A stretch of 4,469 nt of DNA from positions 1 through 4,469 of the IMG/VR virus record IMGVR_UViG_2675903650_000020; one strand, 5' to 3'. The notes beneath the pieces were generated by a model that worked only from the letters and a program-made list of their open reading frames with translations, made no database searches and was not told where the DNA came from. Position 1 is the first letter of the stretch. Each line of letters starts with the position of its first letter. The position numbers and the translations under genes are program-made. Below are positions 1-4,469 of the stretch, piece by piece. Source of the stretch: a virus. Its lineage: Duplodnaviria > Heunggongvirae > Uroviricota > Caudoviricetes.

Positions 1-122
1 GCATCACCTGATGAATAAATGTCATAGTTTATTACCGTTATGGTTGACAATGAGAACTGTTTTCATTTAAAAGACCGATATACGAAAGCATCTTTTCTTT
101 ACATTCTCCATTGGGATTACCT

Positions 123-159
123 CCGCCAGCTTCCATTCCTGCCGCTGGCGGCTTTTTTT
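123..159 (+). terminator. Terminator-like hairpin on the + strand: 8-bp GC-rich stem (CCGCCAGC 123-130 / GCTGGCGG 144-151), 13-nt loop, then T7 (153-159)
   Basis: Perfect inverted repeat followed directly by TTTTTTT on the + strand. On the minus strand the same hairpin is preceded by A7 and has no U tract after it, so it is only an intrinsic terminator in the + orientation. It abuts the nanS-p stop codon (161-163). Confidence 0.4.
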
Positions 160-160
160 A

Positions 161-2122
161 TCATGCCGCGGCATCCGCGTTGTTCACTTCCACCTTCACA
201 CTGTCAATCAGCAGCGTATATGTCGCCGCCTTTAATATGCCTGTCAGTTGCAGTTTGTCCGCCGCCCCTGATGCCGGAGATTTCACCAGTGTGAACGGCG
301 TCCCCCGTTTCTCATCCAGTACCGGCGTCACCTGAATGCTGTTGTTTCCGGCAAACTCAAAAGCCAGTGTGTGCCATCCGTTATCAAAGACCCCGAACGT
401 ATCCAGCTTCGCATTCGGCTTCTTGTGGTACATCGCGTTCAGGTTCGTCGCATCCGTCTGCAGGAAGAAGGACATCAGCATGTCGTTGCCTTCCTCTGCC
501 AGCGTCACTCCCTCCGGCAGGGACGACAACTGCCAGTAAATGCCCATGGCAAACCGATTCGGCACCAGTGAACCCGGCAACTTAAACCGTACGCTCACAC
601 GTCCCCCCTTCTTCAGTAACTCCACTCCCTGTCCGGCTGCATCATGCTCCAGAAACCAGATGTGGTTTTCCGGTTTATTCAGTTGCAGGGCCTTACCTCC
701 CGTAGCCCCCGCATCACTGACCACCGCTTCAGCAATGTTTTTGTTAACATTGTCTCCGCTCGCCGGTTTGTGATAATAGCGCCAGCCCTGTGATGCCAGG
801 TCTTCGCCGGACGCCAGCAGACTCATCAGGGTTCGGTTACTGACCGGGGCTTCCGGCTCTCTCTCCGTACCTTCACCGGAAGGTCCGGTGGGCTTCACCG
901 TATCAGGCTGTTTTCCGGTAATGAATTCAGCGGTTCTCCCGGCATGCACAAGAATCGCCGTTGCCAGACGGTCGGAAATAATCCCACGACGTGCCCATGA
1001 TCCAAAATGCGTTTTACGGTCGGCCGTCGTCCAGGTTTTGGCGTCCGTTCGACCACCGGCTCCGTAATACCCAATATCCGCAACATCCGGATCTTCTGAC
1101 GGCTCGTTGGTACCCACATTTCGCCCGTTTTCATCCGTCATAAACGGCACAAAGAAGATTTTTTTTGCGGATTTCGTCTTGTATGCACCATACACCGCAT
1201 CGTATTGCGAAGAATAAGTCTGCTTCCAGTAGTAGGTCGTGTCGCCACAAATCCAGGGAACCGATGACGGAGAGCCCCCGAGACACTGACCTCCGAATTC
1301 CGACAGGTCAGAACGATATTTTTCCACCATGGAATCAAACAGCCCCGGCTGAGTGGCGTATGCACCCTGTTTCAAATCAAACTCGCCCTGCATCCAGACC
1401 ACTGCAAGCAGAATATTTTTAGGGTTGGCCTTCAGTGCGGCCTGAGTACGGGTAAGCAGGTCCTTGTACAGTGGCTTATCTACACCCCAACGTGCCGAGG
1501 TCTCGCTTGCGCCGGTGGATTCGCTGAAGGTACCTTCATCGCCCGCCAAAAATGCAGAACCACCACGGCAGCACGGAACCAGAAGAATACCGGCATTCGC
1601 CGGAATAAACGGCAACAATTTCTTCGCGATATGTAATCCCTGCCCCACGCATCCATACTGAGCTGCGCTGGCTTTCGGGTGTGAAAACTTACTCAAATCC
1701 TGAACATCATGCAGGCAGTGGTCCGCAGGAATAATGTCATTGTAGTTACAGGACGCACCACCCGGCGTGACAGTGCTGCGACGCGCCAGCTGTTTAATAC
1801 GCGGGTCCGGACGGTCATATGTCTCCGGCAGCGGAAGCCCTTCACCATACGCCATACCGTTTGACTGCCCGGCCAGGGCAACAACAAAGTAATACTCCGG
1901 TTCGCTGGTGGTGCTGATAACTGTGCCTTCTCCATCCGACGGCTTCACCACCACAGGTGTGGTGACATCACCTTCCGCCGCAATGGCCTGCATCAGGGTA
2001 TAGGGCGTGATGGCCACCGGACTGCCAAATGGCTGCCACCCCTCCTTCAGTTTTTGTGTCAGTCGTTTCGCAAGGTCTGACGGCGATGCCGCCCTGACAA
2101 CATCATAGTGTTTAAATGCCAT
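161..2122 (-). CDS. nanS: Prophage NanS-p-type sialate (9-O-acetyl-neuraminate) O-acetylesterase: DUF1737-like N-terminus, SGNH/SASA esterase core, C-terminal putative carbohydrate-binding domain
   Basis: Long ORF with TGA stop at 161-163. N-terminal segment KHYDVVRAASPSDLAKRLTQKLKEGWQPFGSPVAITPY matches what I recall of DUF1737. Catalytic-serine block FVVALAGQSNGMAYGEG (GQSN) is typical of SGNH/SASA sialate O-acetylesterases. A Pro/Glu-rich linker (PTGPSGEGTEREPEAP) is followed by a ~230-residue C-terminal domain. The track ORF starts at ATG 2137 (MVERTMAFK...); I prefer ATG 2122 (MAFKHYD...) because GGTGGAAAG lies 4-9 nt upstream, whereas 2137 has no SD. Confidence 0.85.
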   Translation of the reverse strand: MAFKHYDVVRAASPSDLAKRLTQKLKEGWQPFGSPVAITPYTLMQAIAAEGDVTTPVVVKPSDGEGTVISTTSEPEYYFVVALAGQSNGMAYGEGLPLPETYDRPDPRIKQLARRSTVTPGGASCNYNDIIPADHCLHDVQDLSKFSHPKASAAQYGCVGQGLHIAKKLLPFIPANAGILLVPCCRGGSAFLAGDEGTFSESTGASETSARWGVDKPLYKDLLTRTQAALKANPKNILLAVVWMQGEFDLKQGAYATQPGLFDSMVEKYRSDLSEFGGQCLGGSPSSVPWICGDTTYYWKQTYSSQYDAVYGAYKTKSAKKIFFVPFMTDENGRNVGTNEPSEDPDVADIGYYGAGGRTDAKTWTTADRKTHFGSWARRGIISDRLATAILVHAGRTAEFITGKQPDTVKPTGPSGEGTEREPEAPVSNRTLMSLLASGEDLASQGWRYYHKPASGDNVNKNIAEAVVSDAGATGGKALQLNKPENHIWFLEHDAAGQGVELLKKGGRVSVRFKLPGSLVPNRFAMGIYWQLSSLPEGVTLAEEGNDMLMSFFLQTDATNLNAMYHKKPNAKLDTFGVFDNGWHTLAFEFAGNNSIQVTPVLDEKRGTPFTLVKSPASGAADKLQLTGILKAATYTLLIDSVKVEVNNADAAA

Positions 2123-2315
2123 GGTTCTTTCCACCATCTGAAAAATAATTCTTTAAAATACCTGACATGTAATACAGAAAAAACACAAAACCATACCTTA
2201 AATAAAAACCTCATCATCAAGCAGATATGCATGGGTAAACTACAAGACGAGATATAAACCACCCTGCATTTAAATAAACAATAAACAACATCAGAAAAAT
2301 AATTCTGCTCTATGG

Positions 2316-2342
2316 TTTACATTCAAAAATATCATTTATACT
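2316..2342 (+). promoter_or_regulatory. Candidate sigma70-type promoter for the 111-codon ORF (-35 TTTACA 2316-2321, -10 TATACT 2337-2342)
   Basis: Both hexamers match consensus at 5 of 6 positions, but the spacer is only 15 nt (suboptimal). Located about 40 nt upstream of ATG 2383. Purely a sequence-pattern call. Confidence 0.25.
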
Positions 2343-2382
2343 TTTCAGAACATCACCAGCAAGACATAAACAAGGAAACTAA

Positions 2383-2718
2383 ATGAAGTGGATTGTGATT
2401 GATACAGTTATCCAGCCATCATGCGGAATATCTTTTTCAGTCATATGGAGTAAAATAAAATTAATAATCTGGTATCAATCGGATGCTTTCTTACCTCCTG
2501 AAAGTATATTTACACTGACTCACACAGGTATCATGCTCAATAACAAAGTGCTACCTGTAACCATTTACAACGTAGTACCATTCAATAAAACATTCTGGAA
2601 TTTAATCAAAAACAGCCAGGAATGCCCTACAAATACAGATAACGTATTGAATGAATGCTTTAATAACCGTTGCACTCTGCAAATATGTCCTTATGGACTA
2701 AAACAACAAAGTCCATAA
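2383..2718 (+). CDS. Hypothetical small protein (111 aa), opposite strand to the phage late genes, inside the AT-rich insert; function unknown
   Basis: ATG 2383 is preceded by AAGGAA (2372-2377) with 5-nt spacing. 111 open codons in strongly AT-rich DNA, where stop codons should be frequent. The ORF ends inside a perfect 12-bp hairpin (2688-2721). I recognise no homolog. The protein is Ile/Asn-rich with 6 Cys. Confidence 0.45.
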   Translation: MKWIVIDTVIQPSCGISFSVIWSKIKLIIWYQSDAFLPPESIFTLTHTGIMLNNKVLPVTIYNVVPFNKTFWNLIKNSQECPTNTDNVLNECFNNRCTLQICPYGLKQQSP

Positions 2719-2721
2719 GGA
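2688..2721 (+). other. Perfect 12-bp inverted repeat (TCCTTATGGACT / AGTCCATAAGGA) with 10-nt loop, spanning the stop codon of the 111-codon ORF
   Basis: Arms at 2688-2699 and 2710-2721 are exact reverse complements. The following + strand sequence GTTTACTCA is only weakly U-rich, so this is either a weak terminator or an RNA-stability or regulatory hairpin. Confidence 0.3.
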
Positions 2722-2734
2722 GTTTACTCACATC

Positions 2735-2773
2735 TGACAAAATCAATATAAACAGCCCCTCCGGAGAGGGGCT
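2735..2773 (-). terminator. Second minus-strand hairpin (8-bp stem AGCCCCTC/GAGGGGCT, 4-nt loop) followed by a moderately U-rich tract
   Basis: Perfect GC-rich stem 2754-2761 / 2766-2773. On the minus strand it is followed by GUUUAUAUUGAUUUUG (2753-2738). The U tract is interrupted, so it is weaker than the terminator at 2970-2995. Confidence 0.35.
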
Positions 2774-2969
2774 GGAGAGTGGCGCTATGTGCCATTGCAT
2801 GGTGCCGGGTGCCTCCCGGTGAATTCAGTACCAGCACCTGAATCCGCGATTATCCCATATACCTACTCGCTGATTGCCCCTCCGCACAGGGGGATTCACC
2901 ATGCCAGTTTCTTTTAACAAATTCCCCGCAAAACAGACAACTGTCAACCGTCTGAATTGTGAGACATTT

Positions 2970-2995
2970 AAAAAAAAGGCCCGCCGAAGCGAGCC
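2970..2995 (-). terminator. Rho-independent terminator downstream of the tRNA array (minus-strand RNA: GGCUCGC-UUCG-GCGGGCC + U8)
   Basis: Stem 2978-2984 / 2989-2995 has 6 pairs and one internal mismatch, with a UUCG tetraloop. It is followed on the minus strand by eight U (+ strand A-run 2970-2977). It lies 12 nt past the 3' end of the last tRNA. Confidence 0.7.
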
Positions 2996-3007
2996 TGATA
3001 ATAAATC

Positions 3008-3082
3008 TGGAGCGGGTAGCAGGAATCGAACCCGCATCATCAGACTGGAAGGCTGAGGTAATAGCCATTATACGGTACCCGC
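3008..3082 (-). tRNA. tRNA-Gly (anticodon UCC)-like, 75 nt, encoded CCA
   Basis: Manual fold of the reverse complement gives a 7-bp acceptor stem GCGGGTA/TACCCGC, T-arm GCGGG-TTCGATT-CCTGC, anticodon loop CTTCCAG (UCC), discriminator U and CCA. It closely resembles host glyT as I recall it, with a compensatory acceptor change and a C:U mismatch at the 31:39 closing pair. Confidence 0.8.
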
Positions 3083-3085
3083 ATA

Positions 3086-3161
3086 TGGTGCCGGCTACCG
3101 GAATCGAACTGGCGACCTGATGATTACAAGTCAGTTGCTCTACCATTGGAGCTAAACCAGC
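3086..3161 (-). tRNA. tRNA-Thr (anticodon UGU)-like, 76 nt, structurally degenerate (possible pseudo-tRNA)
   Basis: Acceptor stem GCTGGTT/AGCCGGC (two G.U pairs), D-arm GCTC-CAATGGTA-GAGC, anticodon loop CTTGTAA (UGU), variable loop AGGTC, T-loop TTCGATT, discriminator A and CCA. The overall layout aligns with E. coli tRNA-Thr, but the anticodon stem (ACTGA/TCATC) pairs at only 3 of 5 positions and the T-stem has one A:C mismatch. Confidence 0.6.
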
Positions 3162-3166
3162 ATGTT

Positions 3167-3241
3167 TGGCGGGACAGCGTGGACTCGAACCACGATAAGA
3201 AGGTTAACAGCCTTCCGTAATGACCTTTATACGACTGACCC
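3167..3241 (-). tRNA. tRNA-Asn (anticodon GUU)-like, 75 nt, encoded CCA
   Basis: Perfect anticodon stem GAAGG/CCTTC with loop CTGTTAA (GUU), T-arm CGTGG-TTCGAGT-CCACG, discriminator G and CCA, U8 present. The T-loop, anticodon loop and discriminator all match host tRNA-Asn as I recall it. The acceptor stem GGGTCAG/CTGTCCC has one U:U mismatch at 4:68. Confidence 0.8.
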
Positions 3242-3289
3242 AAATAAAAAAAGCCACCGTTGCAACTTAAGAGTCACTAACGGCAGCTT

Positions 3290-3326
3290 ATGCCAATAGT
3301 GTTGCTCATTTGCTCAATGATGTCAA
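3290..3326 (-). promoter_or_regulatory. Candidate late promoter (pR'-equivalent) between Q and the tRNA array; perfect -35 TTGACA at 3326..3321 (minus strand), -10 element unclear
   Basis: The Q stop codon to first tRNA gap is only about 90 nt and contains a consensus TTGACA. The best -10 candidates 17-20 nt downstream (AACACT / ACTATT) are weak. The position matches where lambdoid phages place pR' and the Q-utilisation site, which is established knowledge rather than something read from this sequence. Confidence 0.3.
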
Positions 3327-3332
3327 CACGTT

Positions 3333-3821
3333 CTATGCTACATGTTTAATTTTCTCTACACGTTTCCGGTTTTTAAACGCACTATCCAGAACCGGGTAAA
3401 TCATAAACAACGAGGCATTAAGGATTTCGTCAACTTCCCGTCGACAGGTTGCGAGCGATGGTTTTTGAATGCGCCCGCCGCCCCGGCATAACATCTTGCG
3501 AGGTCTTGCGACGCGATGATAGTAAGATGCAATAGCGTGCCTGGAAGAACCATGAGCGTAGTAGCTGAGGAGGATGCCGAAGGCTTTCTTGTCAATGTAC
3601 ATGACGGAATCGACGACCTGAGAAATCAACATTCCATCATCATCATTGCACATTGGTCTTGTCATAACTCTTCCCGGCTCTACGCTCTCCATGAACTTCG
3701 CTATTACGCTGCTCATGCGCTTTTCCAGACGACCTGAATAAACCCATGCGCCCCACAGTTCAAGCCAGCCATTCAGCCAATCGTGCTGTTCTTTGGTGAG
3801 GTTTAGTTCTCTTATGCCCAT
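3333..3821 (-). CDS. Q: Phage late-gene antitermination protein Q (Q21/QuuD-like family)
   Basis: 162-aa ORF with SD AGGGAG 7 nt upstream of ATG 3821. Motifs LELWGAW, SSVIAKF, TRPMCNDDDGMLI and LLSYYAHG parallel those I recall in DLP12 QuuD (LERWGAW, SSIAAGF, SRPQCCDDDAMII, LLVDYYVVG). Its position immediately downstream of ninG and upstream of the tRNAs and late genes fits the lambdoid layout. Confidence 0.85.
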   Translation of the reverse strand: MGIRELNLTKEQHDWLNGWLELWGAWVYSGRLEKRMSSVIAKFMESVEPGRVMTRPMCNDDDGMLISQVVDSVMYIDKKAFGILLSYYAHGSSRHAIASYYHRVARPRKMLCRGGGRIQKPSLATCRREVDEILNASLFMIYPVLDSAFKNRKRVEKIKHVA

Positions 3822-3864
3822 GCGACTTCTCCCTTGTTATCTGGAATGGTTTTTACTGAGAGCG

Positions 3865-4443
3865 TCATGTGGCCTCACTTCTGCTGTTTCTCAGATCTTT
3901 GAGTTTCTGTTGGTACTCTGCCTTGATGGCCCTGCACTCTTCGACAGTCCAGCGATGGCGGTTATGGTTTGATTCGATTTCATCTACTGCTTCCTGCCCG
4001 ATGCGGCTAATCAGTTCGACGCGATACGGAACGAGATTTCCGCTTTTGTGCTGGTTGCACACCACGCATTGCTTGTGAATATTGCGTTCATCAAATCGGA
4101 GTTGAGGTGCCGCAGCAGTTGTCCGGTAATGCCCGGCATCCCACTGAGCAGACGTGAGCGTTCCGCACGAGATACATGGTAAGTCGCGGTCTCTTTCTCT
4201 GATGAAGGCGTTTACGGCTTGTTGGGCTTGTTTAATCCAGTAACTGCGGGGCTTTAAGGCGAGTTTTCGAATCTTAAGTTTATCTTTCTGTTTCTGCTCC
4301 TCTCGTCGTCGTTTCTTCTCTGCTGCTTTTTCCGCTTTTTCTCGTTCTTTGCTTCGTCGTTCGAGTGCTAATTGAGTTCCGTGTTCCGGGCAGCACCACC
4401 ACTGATTTGAGAATGCCGGGTGAAACCATTCCTTGCATATTTG
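3865..4443 (-). CDS. ninG: NinG/Rap-family protein, C-terminal ~190 codons; the reading frame meets an in-frame TGA at 4444-4446 and has no canonical start codon before codon ~127, so the gene is N-terminally disrupted or continues beyond the window
   Basis: Translation of the minus strand gives ...[188 protein letters not shown], which is near-identical to what I recall of lambda NinG. The 66-aa track ORF 3865..4065 is just the part after the first in-frame GTG. Confidence 0.8.
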   Translation of the reverse strand, partial: QICKEWFHPAFSNQWWCCPEHGTQLALERRSKEREKAEKAAEKKRRREEQKQKDKLKIRKLALKPRSYWIKQAQQAVNAFIRERDRDLPCISCGTLTSAQWDAGHYRTTAAAPQLRFDERNIHKQCVVCNQHKSGNLVPYRVELISRIGQEAVDEIESNHNRHRWTVEECRAIKAEYQQKLKDLRNSRSEAT

Positions 4444-4469
4444 TCAACGACGGATGAAAAGTGATCCAC

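Noticed and set aside
40-1661. Several + strand ORFs of 65-85 aa (40..294, 111..335, 336..539, 367..585, 371..571, 540..773, 1165..1422, 1464..1661) and minus-strand ORFs 895..1134, 1138..1365 and 1693..1935
   Set aside because: All lie entirely inside the 650-residue nanS-p reading frame, on the antisense strand or in alternative frames. None has its own ribosome-binding site or any recognisable motif, so they are shadow ORFs of a GC-normal coding region.
2059-2262. Minus-strand 67-aa ORF overlapping the nanS-p start
   Set aside because: It overlaps the nanS-p start codon region in another frame and extends into AT-rich low-complexity DNA, with no SD.
2876-2894. Short inverted repeat CCCCT..AGGGG in the inter-terminator region
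   Set aside because: Only 5 bp with a 6-nt loop and no adjacent U or T tract on either strand, so it is too weak to call a terminator or operator.
2140-3000. Shiga toxin stxA/stxB at the canonical toxin locus
   Set aside because: The gap between the tRNAs and nanS-p is too short and contains no minus-strand ORF of AB5-toxin size; only the AT-rich insert with an opposite-strand ORF is present.
2825-3146. ORFs 2825..3040 (-), 2850..3146 (-) and 2874..3056 (+)
   Set aside because: They run through the tRNA genes and the intrinsic terminator, so they are artefacts of structured RNA-coding DNA.
3401-3737. ORFs 3401..3595 (-) and 3516..3737 (+)
   Set aside because: Both are nested within the Q gene in alternative frames or on the antisense strand.
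3865-4078. 66-aa ORF 3865..4065 (-) as a stand-alone gene, and antisense ORF 3869..4078 (+)
   Set aside because: The minus-strand frame stays open upstream to 4443 and is NinG throughout, so the 66-aa call is only the part after the first in-frame GTG. The + strand ORF is antisense to ninG.
1-4469. CRISPR array, insertion sequence or integron features
   Set aside because: No regularly spaced direct repeats, terminal inverted repeats flanking a transposase-like ORF, or attC-like sites were seen. The only repeats are a single 13-bp direct repeat pair and short hairpins.

Overview
This window reads as the late-regulatory segment of a lambdoid prophage, with all phage genes on the minus strand. 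In transcription order (high to low coordinates): a ninG/rap homolog (3865..4443, running to the window edge with an in-frame TGA at 4444-4446), a Q antiterminator (3333..3821), a short intergenic region with a candidate late promoter, three tightly packed tRNA genes (3167..3241 Asn-GUU-like, 3086..3161 degenerate Thr-UGU-like, 3008..3082 Gly-UCC-like), an intrinsic terminator with a UUCG loop and U8 tract (2970..2995) and a second hairpin (2735..2773), a roughly 0.6 kb markedly AT-rich block carrying one opposite-strand 111-codon ORF (2383..2718), and a 650-residue NanS-p-type sialate O-acetylesterase (161..2122). This is the position where Shiga toxin genes sit in Stx phages (as I recall that architecture), but no toxin ORFs are present. 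The AT-rich block and its unrecognised ORF are the most interesting candidate for new cargo. All identifications are from reading the sequence and recalled protein families; no searches were run.
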